A stretch of DNA of 64,000 nucleotides from a bacterium. GTDB taxonomy: Bacteria > Desulfobacterota > DSWW01. Made by a program: the position numbers and the translations under genes. The DNA lies in assembly GCA_040756235.1 (NCBI GenBank), contig JBFLZG010000042.1:1-64000 (forward strand), written 5' to 3'. Positions 21,617 through 32,677 of the stretch are shown here, in pieces (positions within the stretch are counted from its first letter, which is position 1; each line of letters starts with the position of its first letter). Below the pieces are notes generated by a model. It made no database searches. It was not told where the DNA came from and saw nothing but the letters and a program-made list of their open reading frames with translations.

Positions 21617-22869
21617 TCCGCAGCGGTCGGCTGCCAAACGGGATGCGGGTTCTGACCGAGAGCATCCCGCATGCCATATCGGTATCGGTGGGGCTGTGGG
21701 CCCTGAGGGGCGCCCGCAACGAGCCGCCGGAAGGGAGCGGGATCACCCACTTTGTGGAGCACCTGCTCTTCAAGGGCACAGAGACCCGCTCCGCCCTGGA
21801 CATCTCCCGTGAGATCGAATCGGTCGGGGGGGCCTTGAACGCGTTCACGGGCAAGGAGTTCGTCTGTGTCCACGCAAAGGTGCTCGACACCCACCTGCCG
21901 CTGGCCATCGAGCTGGTCTCGGACATCTTTCTGCGCGCGGTCATCCCGGAGGACGAGGTCGAGCGGGAGCGGCAGGTCATCCTGCAGGAGATCCGCACGA
22001 TCGAGGATTCGCCCGAGGAACTGGTGCACGAGCTGTTCCTGAACGCCTACTGGAGAGGTCACGCCCTGGGGCGGTCGACTCTGGGCACGGCGGAAACCAT
22101 CGGCCGGGTCGATCGGGAGGGCCTGCTCTCGTATGCGAGCCTGCTGCGCGATCCCGACCAGGTCCTGCTTTCCGTGGCCGGCAACCTGGACTCTGATGCG
22201 GTCATGGAGCTGGCTGGGAAGTTCTTCGACTTCCCGCGGCGCTCTCCGGGCGACCTGACGACCGAGAAGCCGACCCCTCACAGGGGGCTCCACCTGCATC
22301 TCAAGGACCTAGAGCAGGCCCACATCTGTCTGGGGACGCTGGGTTACAACTACTCTCACCCGCAGCGTTACGCCTACCACGTATTGAACACCCTCCTGGG
22401 AGGAGGCACCAGCTCTCGCCTGTTCCAGGAGGTCAGGGAAAGGCGGGGGCTCGCCTATTCCGTCTATTCCTTCCAGGCCTCCTACTATGACGCGGGCCTC
22501 CTGGGCGTCTACGTAGGGACCTCACGGGAGGCCGTGATCGAAGTCGTCAAGCTTCTCATGGAGAACCTCTCTCTGTTGAAAAACGAGTCGGTTTCGACGG
22601 CGGAGCTGCGAACGGCCAAAGAGCAGCTCAAGGGCAACCTGCTGCTCAGCACCGAAAGCACGGGAAGCCGGATGAGCAAGCTCGCCATGAACGAGATCTA
22701 CTTCGGCAGGCAACTCGACATCCACGATGTGATCCGGGAGATCGAGAACGTCACGGAGGAGGACGTGCGGCGGACCGCGGTCGATCTTTTCCGCCAGGAG
22801 TACCTGAACCTGTCCGTGCTGGGAGACGTGGACCGGGACGCCCTGACCGGAATCGATCTGAACCTTTGA
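21613..22869 (+). CDS. M16 family zinc peptidase
   Basis: HFVEH inverted zinc motif, LNAFT, SSRLFQEVRERRGLAYS. Confidence 0.93.
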   Translation: MIRSGRLPNGMRVLTESIPHAISVSVGLWALRGARNEPPEGSGITHFVEHLLFKGTETRSALDISREIESVGGALNAFTGKEFVCVHAKVLDTHLPLAIELVSDIFLRAVIPEDEVERERQVILQEIRTIEDSPEELVHELFLNAYWRGHALGRSTLGTAETIGRVDREGLLSYASLLRDPDQVLLSVAGNLDSDAVMELAGKFFDFPRRSPGDLTTEKPTPHRGLHLHLKDLEQAHICLGTLGYNYSHPQRYAYHVLNTLLGGGTSSRLFQEVRERRGLAYSVYSFQASYYDAGLLGVYVGTSREAVIEVVKLLMENLSLLKNESVSTAELRTAKEQLKGNLLLSTESTGSRMSKLAMNEIYFGRQLDIHDVIREIENVTEEDVRRTAVDLFRQEYLNLSVLGDVDRDALTGIDLNL

Positions 22870-22894
22870 CCTCCAGAGAAAGCGTCTCGCCGAG

Positions 22895-24232
22895 ATGATC
22901 GCGCGTTACTCCAGGCAGCGGATGGCCAGGATCTGGGAGCCGGAGGCGAAGTACGACTGCTGGCTTCGCATCGAGAAGCTCGTCTGTGAGGCCTACGCCA
23001 AAGAGGGCGTCATCCCCTGGTCCGCCTGGGAGGCGATCGACCGGAAAGCCTCCTTCTCGATCGCACGCATCGAGGAGATCGAGAAAGTCACCAACCACGA
23101 CGTGATCGCCTTCCTCACCGCCGTAGGAGAGAGCGTGGGGGGGGAGGCGCGCTATCTGCACCTGGGAATGACGTCTTCGGACGTCCTGGACACGGCGCTT
23201 GCCGTCCAGCTGCGGGACGCGGCTGACCTCATTCTGGAGGGGATCGACGAGCTGATGGCCGTGATCCGGGAAAAGGCCTTCCGCTACAAGGACACTCCGA
23301 TGATCGGCCGGACCCACGGCGTTCACGCGGAGCCGATCACCTTCGGCTTCAAGATGGCGGTCTGGTACGAGGAGATGTCCCGGAGCCGCGATCGCATGCG
23401 CCGGGCCCGGGAAGTCGTTTCGGTCGGCAAGATCTCGGGTGCGGTCGGCACCTTCGCCACGATCCCGCCCTCGATCGAAGCTCACGTCTGCCGCTCCCTG
23501 GGCTTGCGGCCCGCGGCCGTCTCCACGCAGATCCTGCAGCGGGACCGTCACGCCGAGCTGTTTTGCGCCCTGGCCGTTCTGGCCTCTTCCCTGGAGAAGT
23601 TCGCTCTCGAGATCCGGCACCTCCAGCGAACCGAGGTGCGGGAGGCGGAAGAGTTCTTCGCCGAGGGGCAGAAAGGCTCGTCGGCGATGCCTCACAAGCG
23701 CAATCCGATCGGCTCCGAGAACATCTGCGGGCTCGCCCGCGTGGTCCGCAGCCATGCGACCGCGGCTCTGGAGAACATCCCGCTGTGGCACGAGCGCGAC
23801 ATCAGCCACTCCTCCGTGGAGAGGGTCATCGCACCGGACAGCACGATTCTGGTCGATTACATGCTGCACCGGATGCGTGGTCTGGTCCGGAATCTGCTCG
23901 TCTACCCCGCGCGGATGCAGGAGAACCTCGGGTTGACCCGGGGATTGATCTTCTCTCAGGAGGTTCTCCTGGAGCTCGTGGCCAAGGGGCTTGCGCGCGA
24001 GGATGCGTACCGGCTGGTCCAGAGGAATGCCATGAAGGCCTGGCAGGAGAACCTGGAGTTTTTTGCCTTGTGCCGCGACGATCCCGAAATCGGCCGACAC
24101 CTGAGCTCTGCGGAGCTCGAGGGTATCTTCCAGACGGACCGGTCGATGCGTTACATCGATGCCATCTTCGAGAGGGTTTTCGGTTCCCCGGAATCCGCGG
24201 GCAACCGGAAGGAAGAACAGCGGGACCCGTAA
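22895..24232 (+). CDS. purB: Adenylosuccinate lyase
   Basis: MIARYSR, GRTHGVHAEP, GSSAMPHKRNP, WHERDISHSS. Confidence 0.97.
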   Translation: MIARYSRQRMARIWEPEAKYDCWLRIEKLVCEAYAKEGVIPWSAWEAIDRKASFSIARIEEIEKVTNHDVIAFLTAVGESVGGEARYLHLGMTSSDVLDTALAVQLRDAADLILEGIDELMAVIREKAFRYKDTPMIGRTHGVHAEPITFGFKMAVWYEEMSRSRDRMRRAREVVSVGKISGAVGTFATIPPSIEAHVCRSLGLRPAAVSTQILQRDRHAELFCALAVLASSLEKFALEIRHLQRTEVREAEEFFAEGQKGSSAMPHKRNPIGSENICGLARVVRSHATAALENIPLWHERDISHSSVERVIAPDSTILVDYMLHRMRGLVRNLLVYPARMQENLGLTRGLIFSQEVLLELVAKGLAREDAYRLVQRNAMKAWQENLEFFALCRDDPEIGRHLSSAELEGIFQTDRSMRYIDAIFERVFGSPESAGNRKEEQRDP

Positions 24233-24356
24233 GGCTGCCGACAAGGGAGGGCTCGAGATTCTCGGTTCGTGACATCTGCGTTTCGTGCGTGGATGTCACG
24301 ATCGGATTCTCGCAGGAGGGCCTTGCGGGGGCCGCATGACGGGCCCCCGCAACAAA

Positions 24357-24986
24357 TTAGCCCATGGCCTTCTGGATGTCCCGGAACACCTTGTCGATCG
24401 GCTGGATGGCGTTGATGGTCTTCTGGACGCCCTTCTTGCCGTAGTAGTCGATGAGGGGCTCGGTCTGTTTCCGGTAGACCTGGAGACGGTTCTGGATGAC
24501 CTCTTCCTTCTGGTCTTCACGCATGATCAGCGCGCTTTGACAGGCGTCGCAGATCCCCGGCTTCTTGGGAGGCTTGTTCTGGACATGGTAGATGGAACCG
24601 CACTTGGGGCAGTCTCTCCTGCCCGAAAGCCTTTCCACGATGACCTTTTCGTCAGCGTTGAGATTCAAGACCACGTCGATCGGAATGCCTGAGGCGTCCA
24701 GGCTCTGAGCCTGCGGGATGGTCCTCGGGAAACCGTCCAGAATGAATCCCTTCCGGCAATCCGGCCGGCTCACGCGCTCTTTCAGGAGGTCGATCACCAG
24801 GGCGTCCGGAACCAGCTCGCCGGCGTCCATGTACTTCTTCGCTTTCATTCCCAGCTCGGTCTTGTTCTTGACGGCCTCGCGCAAGAGGTCCCCGGTCGAG
24901 ATCTGAGGAATCCCGTACTTCTCCACCATCTTCTTTGCAGCCGTCCCTTTCCCCACTCCCGGGGGGCCAAGCAGAATCACGTTCAT
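24357..24986 (-). CDS. adk: Adenylate kinase with Cys-type LID
   Basis: LLGPPGVGKGT, ISTGDLLR, ILDGFPRT, CPKC...CDAC. Confidence 0.96.
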   Translation of the reverse strand: MNVILLGPPGVGKGTAAKKMVEKYGIPQISTGDLLREAVKNKTELGMKAKKYMDAGELVPDALVIDLLKERVSRPDCRKGFILDGFPRTIPQAQSLDASGIPIDVVLNLNADEKVIVERLSGRRDCPKCGSIYHVQNKPPKKPGICDACQSALIMREDQKEEVIQNRLQVYRKQTEPLIDYYGKKGVQKTINAIQPIDKVFRDIQKAMG

Positions 24987-25180
24987 CCTTCTTCCTCCTG
25001 TTGCACGACTTTCCCGTTGCTCCAGCCGCCGCTGTGTCAGGCGGAGGCCTCCGCCGAGACCCGGCGGAAGGTAACGCATGATAGGGGAAACCTCCGGCAA
25101 AGGCAACCGCGCCAAGACCTCCGCCAGGGTTGTCTGGAGATCGCTTGGCTCCGCGCCGCAGGCCCCACACGGATGGCCGT

Positions 25181-25780
25181 TTAGCGATCGCCCCTCGCAT
25201 CGGGATGACTGAACCGGCAACCGCAATAGCGCTGCCGGTACAGCCCCAGGCCCCTGCTGGCCTCGATGCTCTTGTGGAACCCATGCTCTTTCTTGAAATC
25301 GGAAGGCAGGTAGGAGACCGAAAACAGGGAAGCAACCTCCTCCCCGATCGAGTTGATCTTGCCGGCGTCCTTGTGAGGGCTCAGGGTCAGAGTGGTCGCA
25401 AACAGATCAAAGCGGCCCAGACGGGCGATCTCGGCCGTGGCTTCCAGCCGCTGCCGAAAACAGATCTCGCATCGCCCGCCGCCCTCCCGTTCCTGCTCGG
25501 CGCCTCTGACGGCGTCGAGCCAGGGCGCCGGATCGTAGAGCGTGGTCCAGATCGGGATGGAGCTGGCCCGGCAAACGATCACCGCGGCCTCGAGTCGGCG
25601 GAAATACTCCGGGCCGGGATGGATGTTGGGGTTGTGAAAGCAGCCCACGAGCCGATAGCACGGCTTGAGCACGTCGATGGCGTGAGTGGCGCACGGGCCG
25701 CAGCAGACGTGCAGCAGCAGAGAAGACATTCGCGGGGATGGCGGAGGAGTCGACCGGTCGGGCTGGTCCGCAAAGGTCAC
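25181..25780 (-). CDS. queH: Epoxyqueuosine reductase QueH
   Basis: [29 protein letters not shown]. Confidence 0.9.
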   Translation of the reverse strand: MTFADQPDRSTPPPSPRMSSLLLHVCCGPCATHAIDVLKPCYRLVGCFHNPNIHPGPEYFRRLEAAVIVCRASSIPIWTTLYDPAPWLDAVRGAEQEREGGGRCEICFRQRLEATAEIARLGRFDLFATTLTLSPHKDAGKINSIGEEVASLFSVSYLPSDFKKEHGFHKSIEASRGLGLYRQRYCGCRFSHPDARGDR

Positions 25781-26106
25781 GTCTCGTCCTGGAAGTCGTC
25801 ATCCACGACGTCGAGAATATCGTCTTCTTCCACCAGCGAAAGCCCTTCCCCGAGGTCGTGATCGGCTTCGGGCTCATCCAGGATGTTCGGTTCGGACTCG
25901 AACGCTTCCTCTCTGCGCTTGCGCAATTTCTGCCGAGCGCTGGCTGCAGCGGTTCCGATCCGCCCCAGGCTCGGCAAGTCCCGCTTCGGCGCCTCGTTCT
26001 GGTCCGCCCCGCACTTCGGACAGGTAGGCTGAGCGCGCTGCAGGTCGTAGAACTTGCATCCGCACTTGTAGCAGACGTACTTCTTGCCCAGCTTGTCTTT
26101 GCTCAT
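25777..26106 (-). CDS. FYDLN acidic-domain zinc-ribbon protein
   Basis: [17 protein letters not shown]...CPKCG followed by acidic tail. Confidence 0.85.
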   Translation of the reverse strand: MSKDKLGKKYVCYKCGCKFYDLQRAQPTCPKCGADQNEAPKRDLPSLGRIGTAAASARQKLRKRREEAFESEPNILDEPEADHDLGEGLSLVEEDDILDVVDDDFQDET

Positions 26107-26264
26107 TTCCCTGCTTTCGGTGGGTTGTACTCACGGCAACAGCAGGTTAAGCTAATGGCTCAGGAGCGCGATGTCAAGAGTATCCGGCAACATGCGACCG
26201 GAACAGAACCTTGTCTCACGGGATCGTGCGCCGGTTCGTCCTCAATGGATTCAGGAGCAGCCCC

Positions 26265-26471
26265 ATGCCGATCTACGAGTACAGATGCCCGAAATGCGAA
26301 AAGGTCTTCGAGAAGCTCAGCCTCTCCTGGAGATCGACGCTGCCGCCGGCCTGTCCGCATTGCGGATCCCCGGAAACGAGCCGCATCCAGTCCCGGCTCG
26401 GTCTCGTCCAGGGAGAGTCGCCCGCGGCGAGCGGGTCCGCTTGCGCAAAGCCTTCGAGCGGATTCTCCTGA
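26265..26471 (+). CDS. FmdB-family zinc-ribbon protein
   Basis: MPIYEYRCPKC...CPHCGS. Confidence 0.85.
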   Translation: MPIYEYRCPKCEKVFEKLSLSWRSTLPPACPHCGSPETSRIQSRLGLVQGESPAASGSACAKPSSGFS

Positions 26472-26517
26472 GCCTCCTAGAGTGCGGCCGGGCGCCGCAG
26501 AACCGACATCCCGCCGC

Positions 26518-27243
26518 CTACCTGGTTCGCAGGGGCACCAGATCGCGCACGACATAAGCCGTGTTGCCCTCGGACCGGAGGCGGCTGCACGTTCGGGCCG
26601 CTTCCTCCTCCCTGCGGTAGGGTCCGACCCGGACTCTGTACAGGGAATCGTCCGAGAAGACTTGGACCCCCGGATAGGTGCCCTTGAGCACCGTGGCCGT
26701 CCCCTCGGCCCCCTGCCGTTCCCGATACGCCCCCACCTGCACCCAATACCCGAGCTCTTTCTCGAGAGCGGTCTGTGAGTAAGGGCAACGGATCTCGACG
26801 AGCGCCGTCCCGTTCTGGAGAATCCCAAGCTCCGAGGCAGCTCCGTAGGAAAGATCGAGGATCCGCCCTTTCTTGAACGGGCCTCGGTCATTGATGCGAA
26901 CCTGCACGGACCTGGCGGTTTCAAGATCGGTCACCGTGACCCGGGTCCCCATCGGCAGAGTCGGATGGGCGGCTGTCATCGCGTACTGATCGTAGGGCTC
27001 ACCGCTGGCCGTCTTCCGTTTGTGGAACTCTCTCCCGTACCAGGAAGCGATCCCTCGTTCCAGGTAGCCAGGCCCCGCATCCGGGATCCTCTCCGGGCCC
27101 TTCCTCAGGGCACAGCCTGTGGACACAGGAAGGCAGGAGGAGAACAGGAGCGCCATGACGAGCCAGGATCGGGCCGCGGGGGCAGGAGGCCGTGCGTGGC
27201 GGGCGATGCCGGCCCGAGCGGTCCCCGCACTCGTTGCGGTCAT
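26518..27243 (-). CDS. rlpA: Endolytic transglycosylase RlpA with SPOR domain
   Basis: GIASWYG, TASGE, TAAHPTLP, VRINDRGPF, SPOR YWVQVGAY; signal ending in Cys. Confidence 0.92.
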   Translation of the reverse strand: MTATSAGTARAGIARHARPPAPAARSWLVMALLFSSCLPVSTGCALRKGPERIPDAGPGYLERGIASWYGREFHKRKTASGEPYDQYAMTAAHPTLPMGTRVTVTDLETARSVQVRINDRGPFKKGRILDLSYGAASELGILQNGTALVEIRCPYSQTALEKELGYWVQVGAYRERQGAEGTATVLKGTYPGVQVFSDDSLYRVRVGPYRREEEAARTCSRLRSEGNTAYVVRDLVPLRTR

Positions 27244-27307
27244 GGGAGCCTCGAATTCTCCGTTTGAGAATTTCGCAAAGTTATCCGAAAAGAGAAAAGA
27301 AGTCCAG

Positions 27308-27336
27308 TTGCATCGACGAAGTCGGTTCAGTATGAT
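27308..27336 (+). promoter_or_regulatory. Candidate sigma70 promoter for mreB
   Basis: TTGCAT-17 bp-TATGAT. Confidence 0.5.
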
Positions 27337-27368
27337 GAGCGCGGTTTTTGAGGGGTTGCTTGAATTAA

Positions 27369-28431
<1,063 letters not shown>

Positions 28432-28433
<2 letters not shown>

Positions 28434-28553
28434 AGGCTGGCGATAAACGCCCATCTGCGGCGTTGCGCTCATGGCGATTGGAGGCGGGGGGAGCCTGCCC
28501 CGGCGAAGGCCGGGGTCCAGTGCGACTCTCGTTACCCTCATTCCTCAGGATTT
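28432..28553 (+). mobile_element. MITE-like partial/composite copy
   Basis: AGAGGCTGGCGATAAACGCCCATCTGCGGCGTTGCGCTCAT, then hairpin CCCCGGCGAAGGCCGGGG, then CCTCATTCCTCAGGATTT of the element core. Confidence 0.6.
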
Positions 28554-28690
28554 GAGTCGGGCCGTCCGTCCCTCCCCCTTATGGGCGCATCATCTTTGCG
28601 GATGATGCGTCCAATTCCGCAGTCCTGCGGAATTGTCGCGTGCGTGGGTATTTCTCGCCAGCCTCGCGACAGGGCATTTCGAGCTCCCAG

Positions 28691-30400
28691 ATGCAAATAG
28701 AGCAAGCCGAGACGGTGGCGGACAACAGCCCCACACTGTGGACCAGGGCCCTGAGTGAGGAGTTCTGGGGCGGCGTCGTCTCCCCCCTCATGTTTTCCCT
28801 CGCCGGCGGTCTCATCGAAGAGCGGATGGTCCAGAAAGGGGTCCGGCTGGCCGGCCTGAAAGAGCTGAGACGCGAGAAGTTCCTCCGTCTTTCCTGCGGC
28901 CGGGTGTACGTCAACTGCCGCATCCTGGAAGAGATCTGCCGGCTCGTTCCCTCGGCGCTGCTCGTCCCCGAGCTGTTGAGGATCCTGCCGGCCGAGGTCC
29001 GCGACCGGCTCGCCGGCGTGCGGGTCCCTCTGCTCTCGTTCAGAACGCTCCGGATGGCTGCACGGTTCTTCGCCCTGGACCCTGACTGGGCCCCGTTCTC
29101 CAACTACCGCTCCTTCCAGCGGGCTGTGCGCAGGCTGGAAGGCGGCGCAGCCGGACCGGTCGGGCCGAGCTCGAACACGAGGGAAGACCTTCCGGACCTG
29201 CTGGCCCGGATCCGGAGAACGTGCTCGGAGCTCGGGTCTTTCCTCGATATCGTGATCTGGGGGATGATCTTCGCCTACGTCCTTCACCCTCTGACCGCTA
29301 TCCTGGCAAGGAGATGGGCAGGCGATGCCCGGGAGCAGCTGGCCGCAAGCCTGACCGTGGGCCTCGACGGAATCCGGACCTTCGAGATCAATCGGGAGAT
29401 CGAATCGCTGGCCGAGGCGGTGGACGCCGACTCCTTCCTGGAGGAGCTGTTCCGCTGCGCGGACGCCGAAGAGATTCTCCGATCCCTGGCAGCCGCCCCC
29501 GGCGCCGCAGCGTTCCGGCAGCGCTTTCAAACCTTCCTGGGCAGACACGGGCATCGGTTCCGTGCCAGGGACCTCTCCCATCCGACCTGGCGAGAGCGGC
29601 CCCAGATGGTGGTCGAGCTGATCCAGAAGAACCGGAGGGCCGACCGCTCCCGGAGGAGCCTTCCTGTTCAGAAGGAGAAAAGGGAGCACGCGGAGGCAGA
29701 GCTCAAGCGGAGAATGCGCGGGAGCCGGTTCGGAGTGCTGAAGCGGGCGCTCTTCTCGCTCTGTCTGTTCTATGATAGGAAGTACTTCGCCCTTCGGGAG
29801 AATATGCGCTACTACGCGGACATGCACCTGGAGCGCTGCCGTCGCTATTACCTGGAGATCGGAAGCCGCTGGAAGGCGGCGGGCCTGCTCGGGGCCGAAG
29901 AGGATATCTTCTATCTGACCCGCGAGGAAGTCGAAGGGTCTCCGACGGGTGAAGGAGTCCGGGAAGCGGCCGAGAAACGCAAGGCAGATTATGGGACCTA
30001 TCACCGGATCCGCGCGCCGAAAATCATCCGCGAAGGGGCCGTGGCTCCGGAGCTTCCACCCATTCCCGAGGACGAGCAGCTGGAGTTGTTCGGGGAGGTT
30101 GCAAGTCCGGGAACTGCACACGCCAGGGCTCGTGTCATCCGCCGGCCCCAGGACCTGCTCGAGTTCCAGAGGGGAGAAATCCTGGTGGCCGAGTATACGG
30201 ACCCGAGCTGGACGCCTGTACTGCCCATGGCGGCAGGCCTGGTACTCTGCCTGGGCGGGCTCCTCTCTCACGGTTCCATCATAGCCCGGGAGTATGGGAT
30301 TCCGGCGCTGATTCACGTTGCAGGTGCCCTGCAGCGAATCCGTACCGGAGACAGCCTCTGGATGAATGCCGATCAGGGAAAGGTGCGGATCGAGCGATAG
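28691..30400 (+). CDS. PEP-utilising phosphohistidine-swivel domain protein lacking an ATP-grasp domain
   Basis: GEILVAEYTDPSWTP, GGLLSHGSIIAREYGIPA; central FLGRHGHR...PTWRERP region resembles rifampin-phosphotransferase-like proteins. Confidence 0.8.
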   Translation: MQIEQAETVADNSPTLWTRALSEEFWGGVVSPLMFSLAGGLIEERMVQKGVRLAGLKELRREKFLRLSCGRVYVNCRILEEICRLVPSALLVPELLRILPAEVRDRLAGVRVPLLSFRTLRMAARFFALDPDWAPFSNYRSFQRAVRRLEGGAAGPVGPSSNTREDLPDLLARIRRTCSELGSFLDIVIWGMIFAYVLHPLTAILARRWAGDAREQLAASLTVGLDGIRTFEINREIESLAEAVDADSFLEELFRCADAEEILRSLAAAPGAAAFRQRFQTFLGRHGHRFRARDLSHPTWRERPQMVVELIQKNRRADRSRRSLPVQKEKREHAEAELKRRMRGSRFGVLKRALFSLCLFYDRKYFALRENMRYYADMHLERCRRYYLEIGSRWKAAGLLGAEEDIFYLTREEVEGSPTGEGVREAAEKRKADYGTYHRIRAPKIIREGAVAPELPPIPEDEQLELFGEVASPGTAHARARVIRRPQDLLEFQRGEILVAEYTDPSWTPVLPMAAGLVLCLGGLLSHGSIIAREYGIPALIHVAGALQRIRTGDSLWMNADQGKVRIER

Positions 30401-30495
30401 GGGCGAACGGGAGCAGCCGCGAGCCCGGGAAGGGCCGGCGCAAGGGCGCTCGGTCGGGTTTTCCCGGGCGTCCGAGCAGGCCCCGAACTCGTTTG

Positions 30496-30524
30496 TTGAC
30501 AAAGAGGCCCGGATTGGATAAACA
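30496..30524 (+). promoter_or_regulatory. Candidate promoter of tRNA-Gly
   Basis: TTGACA-17 bp-TAAACA, 35 bp upstream of the tRNA. Confidence 0.55.
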
Positions 30525-30559
30525 CAAAGGCAGGACGATGGCTTTGCATGCCGGAATGA

Positions 30560-30635
30560 GCGGGCATAACTCAGCTGGTAGAGTTCCAGCTTCCCAAGCT
30601 GGCTGTCGCGGGTTCGAGTCCCGTTGCCCGCTCCA
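30560..30635 (+). tRNA. tRNA-Gly(CCC)
   Basis: 76 nt cloverleaf GCGGGCA...TGCCCGC-T-CCA; anticodon arm CCAGC-TTCCCAA-GCTGG; GGTTCGAGTCC T arm. Confidence 0.97.
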
Positions 30636-30636
30636 G
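30590..30636 (+). repeat. att core (left), 3' part of tRNA-Gly
   Basis: CTTCCCAAGCTGGCTGTCGCGGGTTCGAGTCCCGTTGCCCGCTCCAG, identical to 40482-40528. Confidence 0.95.
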
Positions 30637-30645
30637 ACTGAAATC

Positions 30646-30675
30646 AAGGGGTTACGCGTCACAGTGTAACCCCTT
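30646..30675. terminator. Hairpin between tRNA and convergent integrase
   Basis: AAGGGGTTAC-10 nt-GTAACCCCTT perfect 10-bp inverted repeat. Confidence 0.55.
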
Positions 30676-31792
30676 TCTCATTTTCTGACTGCGATTCTGC
30701 TACCGGTTTGCTACCGGTTGCCGAAAAAACTGCCTCTTCCAGCCTCCGCGCCGCCTCCGGGTCCCTGGCCTTCATCAGGTGCGAGTACGTGTTCAGGGTG
30801 ATGGTCGGGTTGGCGTGTCCGAGCTGGCTCTGAATGTACTTGATGTTCTCGCCCTGCTCGAGCCGCATGGACGCGTTCAGATGGCGAAGGTCATGGAAGC
30901 GGACCCCCGGAAGGCAGGCCTTTGTGAGCGCCGGCTTGAAATGCCTCTCCATGAGGTTGTTGTGCTCCATCGGCCGGCCCGCCTCGTTCGGGAACATAAG
31001 ATCCAGCTTGCACTTCGGGCAGGCCAGCTTCCACTTCTTCAGCTCCGTCAGGAGGGAAGGGCCCAGGTCGATCCTCCTGACGGATGCCTCGGTCTTCGGA
31101 GCGAAGAACTTCCCGAGCTTGGTAGACCGCTGGATGCTCAACTGGCCGCTCTCAAAGTCCAGGTCCGTCCACTTCAAAGCGAGAAGTTCCCCTTGCCGGG
31201 CTCCGGTCATGATCGCAAGGTGGTAGATGGTCCGATACTTCATGTCCGGCTCGGCAGCCAGTAACTTCTGGATCTCGGCAGGAGCCAGCATCTTCCAGGT
31301 CCGCCCCTCCCGGCCGGGGCTTCGAGGTTTCTCGGCGTCCCTTACTGGGTTGTGGTCAATGAGCTTGTGCCGGACTGCGTACTGCATGATCTGCCCGAAG
31401 ACCATGAGGATCTTTCGGAGAGTGACGACGTTCATCCCTGCCGTTTGATGGGCAGAGATGAACTTCTCGACCGTCACCGATCCAATCCGGTCAACCCGAA
31501 GGTCTTTGACTGCCGCATAATGGTTCTTCACGTACCCGGCCCACAGAGCATAGGAAGTCTCCCGGAGGTTCGGCTTCTTGAATTGCAGCCAGTCCTCCGC
31601 AACCTCTTTGAAGGTCGGAATCTTCTTCGCAGGGAGATAGATTCCTCGTGCAAGCTGGTCCTCGATTTCCCGCAGCTTGTCCTGCGTCTTCTTTTTCGTC
31701 GATTTCGCCGGCATCGTCACCCATCTTCTGCGGCCCTGGTTGTCATAGAAGTCGATCACGTACCGGCCGCGTCGCTTCACGATACAGGCCAT
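30659..31792 (-). CDS. Tyrosine recombinase/integrase
   Basis: TGARQGELLAL, APKT, FHDLRH, LGH...TY catalytic set; N-terminal arm-binding-like segment; adjacent to att. Confidence 0.95.
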   Translation of the reverse strand: MACIVKRRGRYVIDFYDNQGRRRWVTMPAKSTKKKTQDKLREIEDQLARGIYLPAKKIPTFKEVAEDWLQFKKPNLRETSYALWAGYVKNHYAAVKDLRVDRIGSVTVEKFISAHQTAGMNVVTLRKILMVFGQIMQYAVRHKLIDHNPVRDAEKPRSPGREGRTWKMLAPAEIQKLLAAEPDMKYRTIYHLAIMTGARQGELLALKWTDLDFESGQLSIQRSTKLGKFFAPKTEASVRRIDLGPSLLTELKKWKLACPKCKLDLMFPNEAGRPMEHNNLMERHFKPALTKACLPGVRFHDLRHLNASMRLEQGENIKYIQSQLGHANPTITLNTYSHLMKARDPEAARRLEEAVFSATGSKPVAESQSENEKGVTL

Positions 31793-31837
31793 GCTCCCCT
31801 CCCTCCCCGGCCGCGGGCGCCGGGGTGTCGGTCGTGG

Positions 31838-32662
31838 TCAATGAACCCTTGCGATAACCATCTTCACCTGCTTGCCGGTGAGCGTCTTTCGCCTCAGAAG
31901 GGCGATCGCCAGGGCGTCGACCTTCTTCCAGTGCTCACGGATAAGGGCCTCCGCCCGTGCTTGGCAGAGTTCGAGAAACTTCACCCTCACGGACCAATCT
32001 TCGTATACCGTCTCGGCAAGCTGCCTTGCATGGGTGTGGTCCTTGTCCTCGGGGCCTCCATCCGAGAAGCCAGACCCGACAATCGCCGCCATCTCCCCCG
32101 CAAGAAACATGGCGATTTGTGCCTCGGCCCAAGTCCGCTTCTCCGCTCTTGTCCTTGGTGCGGCCGAATAGCATGAGGTCTGCCATCGCACGGTCCCCCG
32201 ATATTCCCCCGCCGGCACTATGGTGACCGATGCAATCTCCTCCATAAACGGAAGGATGATCGCCAGGACCGCATGGCCGGCTTCGTGGTAAGCGGTTCTC
32301 TTCAACTCTTCCGACTCGGGCCGTTTAGCCATCCCCCCTGATTGCAGCCCCAACTTTTCGGTGATGAGAGGCCGAAGAAGAGGGGCGAACAGCGCATTTG
32401 TTTCCTTCTCGGGAAAGTTCTGATTGCGGCTCTCGAGGCAAATGGTTGTTCTGAAACAGGCCAGGATATATTCTGCGGTAAAGGGCCGTATGGAACACCG
32501 CTCCCCACGTTTCGCGTGAAACTGAGCTACCCATTTTTGCCTCGCATTAAGTCTTACAAACTCGTCCCTTTCCTCCACCAACTTGTACCAGATTGGCAGG
32601 ACTTCCTCCGGCAAGCTCGCGTGGACAGTTCCGACCGTCACCCTCGTTTCTCGTGCTTCCAT
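31838..32662 (-). CDS. Protein with stand-alone FtsH/M41-like metalloprotease domain
   Basis: KRTAYHEAGHAV, VTIVP, LAGEMA, WKKVDALAIALLRRKTLTG; no AAA or TM part; second in-frame start at 32332. Confidence 0.7.
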   Translation of the reverse strand: MEARETRVTVGTVHASLPEEVLPIWYKLVEERDEFVRLNARQKWVAQFHAKRGERCSIRPFTAEYILACFRTTICLESRNQNFPEKETNALFAPLLRPLITEKLGLQSGGMAKRPESEELKRTAYHEAGHAVLAIILPFMEEIASVTIVPAGEYRGTVRWQTSCYSAAPRTRAEKRTWAEAQIAMFLAGEMAAIVGSGFSDGGPEDKDHTHARQLAETVYEDWSVRVKFLELCQARAEALIREHWKKVDALAIALLRRKTLTGKQVKMVIARVH

Positions 32663-32677
32663 GCTCTGTCCCTCCAG

